DNA of 36,509 nt, taken from NCBI GenBank assembly GCA_030147645.1, contig JASBUY010000230.1, positions 1-36,509 of the forward strand. Direction: 5' to 3'. The DNA is from Aquabacter sp. (lineage in GTDB: Bacteria; Pseudomonadota; Alphaproteobacteria; Rhizobiales; Xanthobacteraceae). The translations under genes and the position numbers were made by a program. The notes under the pieces were generated by a model. It was not told the origin of the DNA. It did not search any database and saw only the letters and a list, made by a program, of their open reading frames with translations. This document shows, piece by piece, positions 9,373 to 19,994 of this stretch (positions are counted from its first letter, which is position 1; each line of letters starts with the position of its first letter).

Positions 9373-10260
9373 TCAGCGGTTCACGTCCAGCATGGTTTGA
9401 AGCTCGGACCGGAATTCCGGCTCGATGTCCGGGCGCGAGAGCGCATAGCCCACATTGGCCATCAGGAAGCCGATCTTGGAGCCGCAATCATAGACCTGGC
9501 CGTCGAACTTCACGGCGAAGAAGCGCTCGCGCTCCTTGAGCTTCAGCATAGAATCCGTGAGCTGGATCTCGCCCCCGGCGCCCTGCTCCTGCTTCGCCAG
9601 CAGGTCGAAAATCGTGGGCTGAAGGATGTAGCGGCCGGAAATGGCGAGATTGGTCGGCGCCGTGCCGGGCTTGGGCTTCTCCACCATGTTGGTGATCTCA
9701 TCGACACCCGTCGCGGTCGGCTCAACGCCCACAATGCCATATTGATGGGTCTGGTCGTCCGGCACTTCATAGACGGAGACCACATTCCCCCCGGTGCGCT
9801 CGAACGCGCGCACCATGGCGCCGAGGCAGCCATGGCCGTTGCGCGGCAGGTGGAGCATGTCGGGCAGCAGCAGCGCGAAGGGCTCGTCGCCGATCAGGTC
9901 ACGCGCGCACCATACCGCATGGCCGAGCCCGAGGGGCAGTTGCTGGCGGGTGAAAGAGGTGGTGCCGGCCTTGGGCGTATCCCTGTCCAGCTGTTCCAGT
10001 TCCTTGGTCTTGCCGCGATCCGACAGGGTCTTTTCCAGTTCGAACTGCCGGTCGAAATGATCCTCGATGACCGCCTTGTTGCGGCCGGTCACGAAAACGA
10101 TGTGCTCGATGCCCGCCGCGCGTGCCTCGTCGACCACATGCTGAACGACGGGACGGTCGACGACGGTCAGCATCTCCTTCGGCACCGCCTTGGTGGCCGG
10201 GAGGAAGCGCGTGCCGAGGCCGGCGACCGGAAGAATGGCTTTGCGAAGGGGCTTGGGCAT
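9373..10260 (-). CDS. galU: UTP-glucose-1-phosphate uridylyltransferase
   Basis: [36 protein letters not shown] and GGEIQLTD. Confidence 0.97.
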   Translation of the reverse strand: MPKPLRKAILPVAGLGTRFLPATKAVPKEMLTVVDRPVVQHVVDEARAAGIEHIVFVTGRNKAVIEDHFDRQFELEKTLSDRGKTKELEQLDRDTPKAGTTSFTRQQLPLGLGHAVWCARDLIGDEPFALLLPDMLHLPRNGHGCLGAMVRAFERTGGNVVSVYEVPDDQTHQYGIVGVEPTATGVDEITNMVEKPKPGTAPTNLAISGRYILQPTIFDLLAKQEQGAGGEIQLTDSMLKLKERERFFAVKFDGQVYDCGSKIGFLMANVGYALSRPDIEPEFRSELQTMLDVNR

Positions 10261-10425
10261 TGAGGGCACCGGTTTGATTTGCCGCATTCCTATTACAGAC
10301 GTGAACGTCGCCGCAAAAGAACCCCGGGCGAACCAAAAGGTTCACTCCTCCGGCCATTGACCTTACGCTCACGCTGCACCAGCTTGCGCACCATCGCGGG
10401 CAGATTATGGCGGAGCGGTAGGCGA

Positions 10426-11415
10426 ATGGCGGTCCTGGTCACGGGTGGCGCGGGCTATATCGGCAGCCACATGGTGCTCGCGCTGCTCGATGCGGGCCAC
10501 GCAGTGGTGGTGCTCGACGACCTCTCCACCGGCTTTCGCTGGGCCGTGGCGCCGGGCGCGGCCTTCGTCCAGGGCGACGTGAGCGACGCCGCGCTGGTGA
10601 CCCGCGTGCTCGCCGAGCACAAAGTGGATGCCGTCATCCACTTTGCCGCCCGCATCGTGGTGCCGGATTCGGTCGCCGACCCGCTCGGCTATTATCTCGC
10701 CAATACGGTCAAGACCCGCGCGCTGCTGGAAACGGTGGTGGCGGCGGGGGTGCCGCACTTCATCTTCTCCTCCACGGCGGCTGTCTACGGCATGGTCGGC
10801 ACCGACCCCGTGGACGAGGGGGCCGCGCTCGCGCCCATCTCGCCCTATGGCCGCTCCAAGCTCATGAGCGAGTGGATGCTGAAGGACACCGCCTTCGCCT
10901 TTCCGCTGCGCTACGTGGCGCTGCGCTATTTCAACGTGGCGGGCGCGGACCCGGCGGGGCGCACGGGCCAGTCCACCGCCGGGGCGACCCATCTGCTTAA
11001 GGTCGCCTGCGAGACCGCGCTCGGAAAGCGCGCGGGCATCGAAGTCTTCGGAACCGATTATCCGACCCCGGACGGCACCTGCCTGCGCGATTACATCCAT
11101 GTCGGCGACCTGGTGGCGGCCCATCTGGACGCGCTCACCTATTTGCGCGCGGGCGGCGAGAGCGGCGTGTTCAATTGCGGCTATGGCCGGGGCTTCTCGG
11201 TGCTCCAGATGCTGGAGGCGGTGAAGGAAATTTCGGGCGTGGACTTCCCCGTCCGCTTCAGCCCGCGCCGCGCCGGAGACCCGGCCGCTGTGGTGGCGAA
11301 GGCGGACCTGATCCGCTCCACGCTCGGCTGGACGCCGCGCCTCGACGACATGGCGATGATCGTGCGCACCGCTCTGGACTGGGAACGCGGCCTCGACGCG
11401 CGCCGCAGCGCCTGA
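10426..11415 (+). CDS. galE: UDP-glucose 4-epimerase
   Basis: VLVTGGAGYIGSH, FSSTAAVYG, YGRSK, LRYFNVAGAD and DGTCLRDYIHV. Confidence 0.96.
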   Translation: MAVLVTGGAGYIGSHMVLALLDAGHAVVVLDDLSTGFRWAVAPGAAFVQGDVSDAALVTRVLAEHKVDAVIHFAARIVVPDSVADPLGYYLANTVKTRALLETVVAAGVPHFIFSSTAAVYGMVGTDPVDEGAALAPISPYGRSKLMSEWMLKDTAFAFPLRYVALRYFNVAGADPAGRTGQSTAGATHLLKVACETALGKRAGIEVFGTDYPTPDGTCLRDYIHVGDLVAAHLDALTYLRAGGESGVFNCGYGRGFSVLQMLEAVKEISGVDFPVRFSPRRAGDPAAVVAKADLIRSTLGWTPRLDDMAMIVRTALDWERGLDARRSA

Positions 11416-11482
11416 CCTTTGGGCACCCAGCCGCAAAAACTTGCCTTACGTTAACCCTGACGCAACCATATTCACCGCCCAT

Positions 11483-11598
11483 TAGAGCATGCGCCCATCA
11501 GCCTGGATCTCAGGCTGATGGGATAACGCATCCTCTACCAATGAGTTAGAGGGCGATTCAGCGATCAGATTGATTCAATCTGATCGGATCGCGCTCTA
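11483..11598. repeat. 116-bp double-hairpin intergenic element (RIME/BRU-RS/MITE-like), copy 1
   Basis: Terminal inverted repeats TAGAGC...GCTCTA and two internal hairpins (CCCATCAGCCTG/CAGGCTGATGGG and CGATCAGATTGA/TCAATCTGATCG). 13 mismatches to the copy at 21729-21844 by hand alignment. Confidence 0.9.
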
Positions 11599-11634
11599 GC
11601 GGGACCTCAGTTCCGAGCCGAGTGAAGGTGCATC

Positions 11635-12966
11635 ATGAAGGCGGACCATCAGGGCGGCGCGGCCGCCACACGCGGGCGTGGGACGACGGCGGCGGTCGTG
11701 GCCGTCGTGCTCGCCACCATCGCCGGTGGCTGCGCGCAGGCGCAGGTGACCGGCTCCATCTTTGACCCGCCGGCCCAGCCCGCCCCCGCGCCCGGCCGGT
11801 CGAGCCATCCGCTGATGGCGCCCCAGGCGATCGCGGCGGCGGAGGCGAATTTCGATAGCTGCATCGCCGGCATGTATCCGCTGGCCCAGGCGAAGGGGAT
11901 TTCGCCCCAGGCCTATCAGCGCCTCACGGCCGGGCTCACCCCCGACATGAAGATCATGGACTTCCTGGATTCCCAGCCGGAATTCTCCAAGCCCATCGGC
12001 GATTATGTGAACATGCTGGTGAGCGATTATCGCGTGAAGAAGGGCAAGGAGATCCTCGCCCAGTACAAGACCATCTTCGACGCGGCGGAAAAGAAATACG
12101 GCGTGGACCGCTACGCCGTGGCCGCCATCTGGGGCATCGAATCCAGCTATGGCAGCCCGCAGGGCATGGGCAACCGCTCCGTGCTGCGCTCCACCGCGAC
12201 GCTCGCCTGTATCGGCCGCCGGCAGGAGTTCTTCCGGGACGAATTCATCGCCACCTTGCAGATTCTCGACAAGGGCGACGTGCCCGCCGACCATCTGAAA
12301 GGCTCCTGGGCGGGCGCCTTCGGGCCGACCCAGTTCATGCCCACCAGCTTCCAGCGATTCGCCGTGGATTTCGACGGCGACGGCAAGCGCAACGTGGTGG
12401 ATTCCATCCCCGACATCATCGCCTCCACCGCCAACAATCTGAAGCTGGACGGCTGGGAATTCGGCAAGACCTGGGGCTACGAGGTCGTGCTGCCGAAGAA
12501 TTTCGACTATCGCTATGTGGACCGCTCCAAGCGCTATTCGCTCAACCAATGGGCCTCGCTCGGCATTACGCGGCCCGGCGGCAAGGCGTTTCCGCGCGCC
12601 ACCGACACCGCCTTCCTGCTGCTGCCCGCCGGCGCCAACGGGCCGGCCTTCCTGATGCTGCCGAACTTCTCGGCGATCCTGAAATACAATCCCGCCGACG
12701 CCTATGCGCTCGCCATCGGCCATCTGTCCGACCGCCTGCGCGGCGGCGGCACCTTCGCGCAGAACTGGCCGGACGAGCGGGCGCTGACCCGCAGCGAGCG
12801 GGTGGAGATGCAGCAATTGCTGGCCCAGCGCGGCTATGACATCGGCTCTGTGGACGGCATCCTCGGCTCCAAGACGCGGGTTGCGGTCCAGGATTTCCAG
12901 GTGCGCGCCGGGATGCTGCCGGACGGCTATCCCAGCGTCGCCGTGCTCCAGAAGCTGCGCAATTGA
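11635..12966 (+). CDS. Lytic murein transglycosylase (MltB/SLT_2 family) with C-terminal peptidoglycan-binding domain
   Basis: AIWGIESSYG (catalytic Glu), GSWAGAFGPTQFMP, VDFDGDGKRN and YN..YAL. C-terminal QQLLAQRGYDIGSVDGILGSKTRVAVQDFQ fits PG_binding_1. Confidence 0.93.
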   Translation: MKADHQGGAAATRGRGTTAAVVAVVLATIAGGCAQAQVTGSIFDPPAQPAPAPGRSSHPLMAPQAIAAAEANFDSCIAGMYPLAQAKGISPQAYQRLTAGLTPDMKIMDFLDSQPEFSKPIGDYVNMLVSDYRVKKGKEILAQYKTIFDAAEKKYGVDRYAVAAIWGIESSYGSPQGMGNRSVLRSTATLACIGRRQEFFRDEFIATLQILDKGDVPADHLKGSWAGAFGPTQFMPTSFQRFAVDFDGDGKRNVVDSIPDIIASTANNLKLDGWEFGKTWGYEVVLPKNFDYRYVDRSKRYSLNQWASLGITRPGGKAFPRATDTAFLLLPAGANGPAFLMLPNFSAILKYNPADAYALAIGHLSDRLRGGGTFAQNWPDERALTRSERVEMQQLLAQRGYDIGSVDGILGSKTRVAVQDFQVRAGMLPDGYPSVAVLQKLRN

Positions 12967-12969
12967 GAT

Positions 12970-12989
12970 CGGGCGGCGCAGGCCGCCCG
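12970..12989. terminator. Hairpin between convergent genes (possible bidirectional terminator)
   Basis: CGGGCGGC-gcag-GCCGCCCG between the transglycosylase and oxoprolinase stops. No clear U tract. Confidence 0.45.
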
Positions 12990-12993
12990 TCCT

Positions 12994-15900
12994 TCACTCC
13001 GCTTTTCCGTAGCCCCCGCCCGTGGGGGTGACGACGATGACCGCTTCGCCCGGCTCCAGAACCGTCTGGGCGCAGCCGTCCAATTGCTCGAACGTGCCGT
13101 CATTGCGCCGCACGAAGCCTTCGCCCAGCTTGCCCGGCTCGCCGCCTTCGAGGCCGAAGGGATGCACCCGGCGATGCGAGGAGAGCAGCGCACAGTCCAT
13201 CTTTTCCAGGAAGCGGATGCGCCGATAGGTGCCAGCCCCCGCGCTCCAGCGCCCCTTGCCGCCCGAACCGGCGCGCACGTGGAAATCCTCCAGCAGCACC
13301 GGGAAGCGGGTTTCCAGGATTTCCGGGTCGGTGAGGCGGGAATTGGTCATGTGAACATGGACCGCATCCGTCCCGTCAAAGCCCGGACCGGCGGGCGAGC
13401 CGGAGCAGATGGTCTCGTAATATTGCACCTGGTCGTTGCCGAAGGTGAGGTTGTTCATTGTGCCCTGGGAGGCGGCCATGGCTTTCAGCGCGCCGAACAG
13501 GCAGTTGGTGACCGCCTGCGAGGTCTCCACATTTCCCGCCACCACGGCGGCCGGATAGACCGGCGAAAGCATGGAGCCCTTGGGCACCACGATCTCGATG
13601 GGGCGTAGGCAGCCGGCATTCATGGGGATCATGTCGTCCACCATGACGCGGAAGACATAGAGCACCGCCGCCCGTGTCACCGGCTCGGGGGCGTTGAAAT
13701 TGGTGGGCTGCTGGGGCGAGGTGCCGGTGAAGTCCACTTTGGCGGTGCGCGCGGCCTTGTCCACGCTGATCTTCACCTTGATGACCGTCCCCTGGTCCAT
13801 CTCATAGGTGAAGGCGCAATCCTCCAGCCGGTCCAGCACGCGGCGGACGCTTTCGTCCGCATTGTCCTGCACATGGCCCATATAGGCGGTGACCACGTCG
13901 AGCCCGAACTGCGCGATCATCTTCTTGAGTTCACGCACGCCTTTCTCGTTGGCGGCGATCTGCGCCTTGAGATCGGCCACATTCTGCACCGGGTTGCGCG
14001 CCGGATATTTGGCGCCCAGCAGGAGGGCGTTCAGTTCCGCCTCGCGGAAACGGCCCTGATCCACCAGTTTGAAATTGTCGATATAGACGCCTTCCTCATC
14101 GATGGTGGTGGCGCGCGGGCTCATGGAGCCGGGCGCGACGCCGCCCACATCGGCATGGTGGCCGCGTGAGGCGACCCAGAAGAGGAGGTCGCGCCCTTCG
14201 TCGTCGAACACCGGGGTGACCACGGTGATGTCCGGCAGATGGGTGCCGCCATTATAGGGGGCGTTCAGCGCGAACACGTCGCCGGGCCGGATGGCGCCGG
14301 CATTCTCGCGAATCACCGTCTCCACCGATTTGTCCATGGAGCCGAGATGAACCGGCATGTGCGGGGCATTGGCGACGAGCTGCCCTTGTGCATCGAACAC
14401 GGCACAGGAGAAGTCCAGCCGCTCCTTGATGTTCACCGAATAGGCGGTGTTCTGCAGCGTCACGCCCATCTGCTCGGCGATGGACATGAAGAGGTTGTTG
14501 AACACTTCCAGCATGACCGGGTCGGCATGGGTGCCCACAGCCTCTGCGCGACGCATTTCGCGCGCGCGGGTCAGCAGGAGGTGATCCTTGACCGTCATCT
14601 GCGCCTGCCAGCCATCCTCCACCACCACCGTCTGGTTGGGCTCGATGACGATGGCCGGGCCCTCCAGCACCATGCCTGGCTTGAAAGCGGCGCGCAGCAC
14701 GACGGGAGCCTCATGCCAGGCGCCGCGTGAGAAGAAGCGGGCCGAGCGGCAGGCTTCGGGCGCGCCGGTGCTGAGCGGATGGTCTGGTTCCACAATGCCG
14801 GCACCGCCGCCGGAGGCCTGGACCTCCAGCGCCTCGACCACGATCTGCTTCTCGGGCGAGACGAAGCCGAACTGGTTGCGGTGGCGCGCCTCGAAGTCGG
14901 CCATCATGTCGCCGAGCGGGGCGAGGCGCACCGGCAGGGCCGTGTCCGTGCCCTCATAGCGCAGATGCGCCTTGGCCTCGATGTCGATGGCCGCTGCTCC
15001 AACGCCCTGCCCTTCCAATTCCGCGCGCGCCTCATCGCCCATGGCGTCGCGCACGCTCTCCAGGCGCGCGAGGAGCGCGGCCTCAAGCCGCTCGCCCACC
15101 GCCCGGGTGCGATGGGCGCGCACGGCAGCGAGCCCCATGCCATAGGCCGAAAGAAGGCCCGAAAACGGATGGATATGGACGGTGCGCATGCCGAGCGCGT
15201 CGGCCACGAGGCAGGCATGCTGTCCGCCCGCGCCGCCGAAGCAGGAGAGGGCATAGCGTGTCACGTCATAGCCGCGCTCCACCGAGATCTTCTTGATGGC
15301 ATTGGCCATGTTCTCGACCGCGATGGTGACAAATCCGTCCGCCACCGCTTCCGGCGCCCGCCCGTCGCCAATGTCCGCCGCAAGCGCGGCGAAGCGCGCG
15401 CGCACCGCATCGGCGTCCAGCGCCTGATCCTGGGTGGGACCGAAGATCTTCGGGAAGAAATCCGGGATCAGCTTGCCCAGCATCACATTGGCGTCTGTGA
15501 CGGCAAGCGGGCCGCCACGCCGGTAGCAGGCGGGGCCGGGATTGGCGCCCGCGCTGTCCGGGCCGACGCGGAACCGCGCGCCGTCATAATGCAGGATGGA
15601 CCCGCCGCCCGCAGCCACCGTGTGGATGCGCATCATGGGCGCGCGGATGCGGACCCCGGCGACCTCGGTGTCGAAGGCCCGCTCCAGCTCTCCGTCATAG
15701 TGGCAGACGTCGGTGGATGTGCCGCCCATGTCGAAGCCGATGATGCGGTCGAGCCCCGCGATATGGCCGGTCTCCGACGCGCCCACCACCCCGCCGGCGG
15801 GACCGGAGAGAAGGGCGTCCTTGCCCTGGAACAGGTCCGCCGCCGTGAGGCCCCCCGCGGACATCATGAACATGAGGCGGATGGCTGCGTGCCCATCGCC

Positions 15901-16638
15901 CTCATGCCCGGCGCCCAATTCCTCCGCCACCTGCGCCACATAGCGGCGCAGGATGGGCGAGAGATAGGCGTCCGCCACCGTCGTATCGCCGCGCCCCACC
16001 AACTTGATGAGCGGTGAAACCTCATGGGATACAGACACTTGCGGGAAACCAAGGCTGCGCGCCAGCGCCGCCACCTGCTGTTCATGGGCGGGATAGCGGT
16101 AGCCGTGCATGAAGGCGATGGCGACGGAGCGCAGGCCGGCCGCGCGCGCCGCCTCCAATTCGCTCCGCACGAGAGCGAGGTCCGGCGCGCCCTCCACGGT
16201 GCCGTCCGCGCGCACCCGCTCATCCACTTCGAGCACCTGCTCGAACAGCATGTCCGGCAGGACGATCTTCTTCGCGAAGATGTGGGGGCGGGCCTGATAG
16301 CCGATGCGCAACGCATCGCGGAAGCCGCGCGTGGTCACCAGCAAAGTGCGCTCGCCCTTGCGCTCCAGCAGGGCATTGGTGGCGACCGTCGTGCCCATCT
16401 TAACGGCGGAGACGAGACCGGCCGGGATCGGCGCACCCGTCTTGAGCCCAAGCAGTTCGCGGATGCCGTGGACGGCGGCGTCCCGATAGGCCTCGGGATT
16501 CTCCGACAGGAGTTTATGTGCGACGAGGCTGCCATCGGGTTTGCGGCCCACGATGTCGGTGAAGGTGCCGCCGCGATCGACCCAGAATTCCCAGGTGCCG
16601 GGCTTTGCCTGCGCCGCCCCATCCGCCGTCATTGCCAT
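12994..16638 (-). CDS. ATP-dependent 5-oxoprolinase (fused hydantoinase A/B, OplA-type)
   Basis: About 1214 aa. [71 protein letters not shown] and [11 protein letters not shown]. Start uncertain (16647 GTG, 16638 or 16632 ATG). Confidence 0.93.
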   Translation of the reverse strand: MAMTADGAAQAKPGTWEFWVDRGGTFTDIVGRKPDGSLVAHKLLSENPEAYRDAAVHGIRELLGLKTGAPIPAGLVSAVKMGTTVATNALLERKGERTLLVTTRGFRDALRIGYQARPHIFAKKIVLPDMLFEQVLEVDERVRADGTVEGAPDLALVRSELEAARAAGLRSVAIAFMHGYRYPAHEQQVAALARSLGFPQVSVSHEVSPLIKLVGRGDTTVADAYLSPILRRYVAQVAEELGAGHEGDGHAAIRLMFMMSAGGLTAADLFQGKDALLSGPAGGVVGASETGHIAGLDRIIGFDMGGTSTDVCHYDGELERAFDTEVAGVRIRAPMMRIHTVAAGGGSILHYDGARFRVGPDSAGANPGPACYRRGGPLAVTDANVMLGKLIPDFFPKIFGPTQDQALDADAVRARFAALAADIGDGRAPEAVADGFVTIAVENMANAIKKISVERGYDVTRYALSCFGGAGGQHACLVADALGMRTVHIHPFSGLLSAYGMGLAAVRAHRTRAVGERLEAALLARLESVRDAMGDEARAELEGQGVGAAAIDIEAKAHLRYEGTDTALPVRLAPLGDMMADFEARHRNQFGFVSPEKQIVVEALEVQASGGGAGIVEPDHPLSTGAPEACRSARFFSRGAWHEAPVVLRAAFKPGMVLEGPAIVIEPNQTVVVEDGWQAQMTVKDHLLLTRAREMRRAEAVGTHADPVMLEVFNNLFMSIAEQMGVTLQNTAYSVNIKERLDFSCAVFDAQGQLVANAPHMPVHLGSMDKSVETVIRENAGAIRPGDVFALNAPYNGGTHLPDITVVTPVFDDEGRDLLFWVASRGHHADVGGVAPGSMSPRATTIDEEGVYIDNFKLVDQGRFREAELNALLLGAKYPARNPVQNVADLKAQIAANEKGVRELKKMIAQFGLDVVTAYMGHVQDNADESVRRVLDRLEDCAFTYEMDQGTVIKVKISVDKAARTAKVDFTGTSPQQPTNFNAPEPVTRAAVLYVFRVMVDDMIPMNAGCLRPIEIVVPKGSMLSPVYPAAVVAGNVETSQAVTNCLFGALKAMAASQGTMNNLTFGNDQVQYYETICSGSPAGPGFDGTDAVHVHMTNSRLTDPEILETRFPVLLEDFHVRAGSGGKGRWSAGAGTYRRIRFLEKMDCALLSSHRRVHPFGLEGGEPGKLGEGFVRRNDGTFEQLDGCAQTVLEPGEAVIVVTPTGGGYGKAE

Positions 16639-16776
16639 CGAGGACACCCCTGTCGTGACCGTGGCGCGATTTCTGCATGTTGGGATCGCAGATCACCCGC
16701 AAACGGTCAGATTCTGGCCAGGGGCATCACGCCCCTTGCCGACCACGACCGAAAAGAAGCCACGTCCACGATAAAA

Positions 16777-16795
16777 CGTCAACATTTTGTTGACG
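16777..16795. promoter_or_regulatory. Palindromic operator candidate in the divergent oxoprolinase/TRAP promoter region
   Basis: CGTCAACA-ttt-TGTTGACG, perfect 8-bp arms in an AT-rich patch. Confidence 0.65.
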
Positions 16796-16968
16796 AACCG
16801 ACACAGTTACGTCACCGTCATGGCCAGAACGAGTGCTGCCGCCTTTTTAGGCGCGCAGCGCCAGACCAGAGAGGGGATAGACGTGAGCCGCGACACAGCC
16901 GCGCCGGCCCGATGGGACGACTGCGCCCGAACCAAGCCCATTCATCCCTCGAAGAGGGGAACGCCCGC

Positions 16969-17517
16969 ATGATCCGGCGCGCGCTCGACGCACTTTACCT
17001 GCTGTCCGGCATTCTGGCCGCCGGCTTCCTCCTCACGGTGTTCGCCTTGATGATCGCGCTCTCTGCCGGGCGGGAAATCGGCGTGAACATTCCCTCCGGT
17101 GATGATTTCACAGCCTGGGCGCTGGCTGCGAGTTCTTTTCTCGGCCTCGCCCACACCTTCAAGGCGGGCGACATGATCCGCGTGGGCCTCGTGCTGGAGC
17201 GCCTCACCGGTCGCCGGCGGCAGGCGCTGGAGATTTTCGCGCTCCTCGTCTCGATCGCCTTCATCGGCTTCTTCGCGAAGAATGCCGTCCAGATGACCTG
17301 GGACTCGTACCGCTTCGGCGACACCTCCACGGGTGTCGTTGCGGTGCCGCTCTGGATTCCCCAGATCGGCTATGCGTCGGGTCTCATCATCCTGTGCATC
17401 GCCATGGTGGACGAATTGGTTCGCGTGGCCATGGGACAGCGTCCGGCCTACGAGAAGGAGCCGCCCTCCTCCCCCGAGGAATTGGTGGAGCGCATCGCCT
17501 CCGGCGGGGGAGCCTGA
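16969..17517 (+). CDS. dctQ: TRAP transporter small permease (DctQ)
   Basis: Four TM segments, FLGLAHTFKAGDMIRV and PLWIPQ. RBS GAGGGGA. Directly upstream of dctM. Confidence 0.9.
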   Translation: MIRRALDALYLLSGILAAGFLLTVFALMIALSAGREIGVNIPSGDDFTAWALAASSFLGLAHTFKAGDMIRVGLVLERLTGRRRQALEIFALLVSIAFIGFFAKNAVQMTWDSYRFGDTSTGVVAVPLWIPQIGYASGLIILCIAMVDELVRVAMGQRPAYEKEPPSSPEELVERIASGGGA

Positions 17518-17520
17518 TCC

Positions 17521-18834
17521 ATGCCCGCCCTCGACCTCGCTCAACTTTCCATCCTTCTGCTTTTGCTGCTGATTTTGATCCTGGGCAGCGGCATCTGGAT
17601 CGCCGTCGGCCTCGGCCTGATCGGCCTTGTGGCGATGGGCCTCACCACGCCCGTGCCGCTCGGACAAGTTCTCGCAACCACGGTGTGGAGCGCGAGCACA
17701 TCCTGGACGCTGGCGGCACTGCCGCTCTTCATCTGGATGGGCGAAATCCTGTTCCGCACCCGCCTGTCCGAGGAGATGTTCAAGGGCCTCGCGCCCTGGC
17801 TCCAATGGCTGCCGGGCCGCCTGCTGCATGTGAATGTGGTGGGCTGCGGCATCTTCGCGGCCGTCTCGGGCTCCTCGGCGGCCACCTGCGCCACCATCGG
17901 CAAGATCGCTCTGCCGGAACTGGAGAAGCGCGGCTACAACCAGAGCATGGCGCTCGGCACGCTGGCCGGCTCTGGGACGCTCGGCCTGCTCATCCCACCC
18001 TCCATCCCCATGGTGGTCTATGCGGTGACCGCCAATGTCTCGGTGCTGCAGGTCTTCCTGGCCGGTTTCCTGCCGGGGCTTTTGGTGATGGGCCTCTATA
18101 GCGGCTACATCATCGTCTGGTCGCTGCTCAATCCCGGCAAGACGCCCCCGCGCGATCCGCCCATGTCCTTCCGCGCGAAGATGCGGGAATCGGCCAAGCT
18201 CATTCCCTGCCTTCTGCTCATTCTGGCGGTGTTCCTGTCCCTGATCCTGGGCCTTGCCACCGCCACCGAATGCGCGGCCTGGGGTGTCGCCGGCGCCTTG
18301 GCGCTCGCCGCCTGGACCGGGACCCTCACTTGGACCACCTTCTCGCAAAGCCTCATGAGCGCGACCCGGCTCTCCTGCATGATCATGCTGATCGTGGCCG
18401 GGGCGGCCTTCACCACCGCAGCCATGGCCTATACCGGCATCCCGGTGGCGCTCGCCGAATGGGTGCAAGGCCTGAACCTCACCCCCGGCAAGCTCGCCCT
18501 CGCGCTGACGGTCATGTACATCATCCTCGGATGCCTCGTGGACGGCATCTCCATGATCGTGCTGACCGCCGTAATCGTGCTTCCCATGATCAAGCAGGCG
18601 GGCTTCGACCTCGTTTGGTTCGGCATCTATCTCGTCATCCATGTGGAGATGGCGCAGATCACCCCGCCCGTGGGCTTTAACCTGTTCGTCCTCCAGAACA
18701 TGAGCGGGCGAGACACGCTCACCGTGGCGAAGGCCGCCTTTCCCTTCTTCATCCTGCTCAACGTCGCCGTCATCATCATCACCATGTATCCTGAGATCGC
18801 CCTCGTGCTGCCGCGCATGGCGTTCCCGGGCTGA
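17521..18834 (+). CDS. dctM: TRAP transporter large permease (DctM)
   Basis: LAALPLFIWMGE, FAAVSGSSAAT, GTLGLLIPPSI and ITPPVGFNLFV. Confidence 0.95.
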   Translation: MPALDLAQLSILLLLLLILILGSGIWIAVGLGLIGLVAMGLTTPVPLGQVLATTVWSASTSWTLAALPLFIWMGEILFRTRLSEEMFKGLAPWLQWLPGRLLHVNVVGCGIFAAVSGSSAATCATIGKIALPELEKRGYNQSMALGTLAGSGTLGLLIPPSIPMVVYAVTANVSVLQVFLAGFLPGLLVMGLYSGYIIVWSLLNPGKTPPRDPPMSFRAKMRESAKLIPCLLLILAVFLSLILGLATATECAAWGVAGALALAAWTGTLTWTTFSQSLMSATRLSCMIMLIVAGAAFTTAAMAYTGIPVALAEWVQGLNLTPGKLALALTVMYIILGCLVDGISMIVLTAVIVLPMIKQAGFDLVWFGIYLVIHVEMAQITPPVGFNLFVLQNMSGRDTLTVAKAAFPFFILLNVAVIIITMYPEIALVLPRMAFPG

Positions 18835-18884
18835 GACCAAGGGTTAGACGTTCACTCCCAAAACCAACCAAGAGGGTTTGACAC

Positions 18885-19862
18885 ATGGCGCGTCTCTCCA
18901 CCTTCGCCCTGGCGCTTGCGGGCCTTGCGGCTGCGTTCGCCGCTCCCGCTTCCGCGCAGACCAAATGGAATCTGCCCTCGGCCTATCCGCCGGATAATTT
19001 TCACACGGAAAACATCGCCCAGTTCGCGAAAGAGGTGGAAAGCGTCTCGGGCGGAAAGCTCGCCATCACGCTTCATCCCAATGCAGTGCTGTTCAAGGCG
19101 CCCGAGATCAAGCGCGCGGTCATGACTGGCCAAGCCCAGGCTGGCGAAGTGCTGATGTCGCTCCAGGAAAATGAAGACCCGGTCTTCGGCGTGGACGTGG
19201 TGCCGTTCCTCGCCACCTCCTACGACCAGTCCAAGGCGCTCTATCTCGCCTCCAAGCCCGCCGTGGAAAAGAAGCTCGCCTCCCAGGGCCTGAAGCTGCT
19301 CTATACGGTACCCTGGCCCCCGCAGGGACTGTTCTCCAAGACCGCCGTCACCAAGATCGAGGACCTGAAGGGCGCCAAGTGGCGCGCTTACAATGCAGGA
19401 ACCGCGCGCATCGGCGAGGCGGTCGGTGCCCAGTCCGTCACCGTGCAGCAGGCGGAACTCGCCCAGGCGCTCGCCACCGGCGTCGTCACCGCCCTCATCA
19501 CCTCCGCCGCCACCGGCTATGACGTGAAGATCTGGGAGAGCATCCCCTATTTCTACGACATCCAGGCCTGGCTGCCGAAGAACATGGTGTTTGTCAGCCA
19601 AGCCGCGTTCGACGCCCTCGACAAGCCCACGCAGGAGGCCGTCATGAAGGCCGCCGCCGCCGCCGAGACCCGTGGCTGGCAGGCCTCCATGGACAAGAGC
19701 AAGTGGTACATGGAGCAGCTCACCGCCAAGGGCATGAAGGTGGAGCAGCCCACCCCCGCGCTGAAGGCCGGCTTCGAGGCCGTGGGCAAGCAGCTCGCTG
19801 CCGACTGGCTGAAGAAGGCCGGACCGACGGGCGAGGAAATCCTCGGCGTTTACAAGAAGTGA
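18885..19862 (+). CDS. dctP: TRAP transporter substrate-binding protein (DctP)
   Basis: Signal peptide ...APASA|Q, SGGKLAITLHP, DLKGAKWR (conserved carboxylate-binding Arg) and LAQALATGVV. Confidence 0.93.
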   Translation: MARLSTFALALAGLAAAFAAPASAQTKWNLPSAYPPDNFHTENIAQFAKEVESVSGGKLAITLHPNAVLFKAPEIKRAVMTGQAQAGEVLMSLQENEDPVFGVDVVPFLATSYDQSKALYLASKPAVEKKLASQGLKLLYTVPWPPQGLFSKTAVTKIEDLKGAKWRAYNAGTARIGEAVGAQSVTVQQAELAQALATGVVTALITSAATGYDVKIWESIPYFYDIQAWLPKNMVFVSQAAFDALDKPTQEAVMKAAAAAETRGWQASMDKSKWYMEQLTAKGMKVEQPTPALKAGFEAVGKQLAADWLKKAGPTGEEILGVYKK

Positions 19863-19870
19863 GGTTTTGG

Positions 19871-19936
19871 CGGCCGGGCGCTCTGCCCGGCCGTTCCTTC
19901 GGTCCCGCCCGCGCAGCCTGAGCCGCGCGGGCTTTT
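19871..19936 (+). terminator. Tandem hairpins after dctP; the second is followed by TTTT
   Basis: CGGCCGGGC-N5-GCCCGGCCG (19871-19893) and GCCCGCGC-N10-GCGCGGGC-TTTT (19907-19936). Confidence 0.6.
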
Positions 19937-19994
19937 GGAGCGGTCAACGGCGTCGCGCGTCGGCCGGCCGCCTCCCCAGCAGCCGAGTGCGCCC

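Noticed and set aside
11483-11598. CRISPR array or tRNA interpretation of the hairpin repeat
   Set aside because: No repeat-spacer periodicity, no cas genes and no cloverleaf. The copies are 10 kb apart.
11635-11745. Lipoprotein signal (IAGGC) in the transglycosylase
   Set aside because: Poor lipobox match. AQA|Q signal peptidase I cleavage looks more likely, though not excluded without a predictor.
16942-18840. 632-aa minus-strand ORF and similar long overlapping ORFs (e.g. 8001-9254, 21587-22888, 27417-28682, 34606-35925)
   Set aside because: They overlap well-supported genes on the other strand or frame, have biased Arg/Gly/Ala/His-rich composition and show no motifs.
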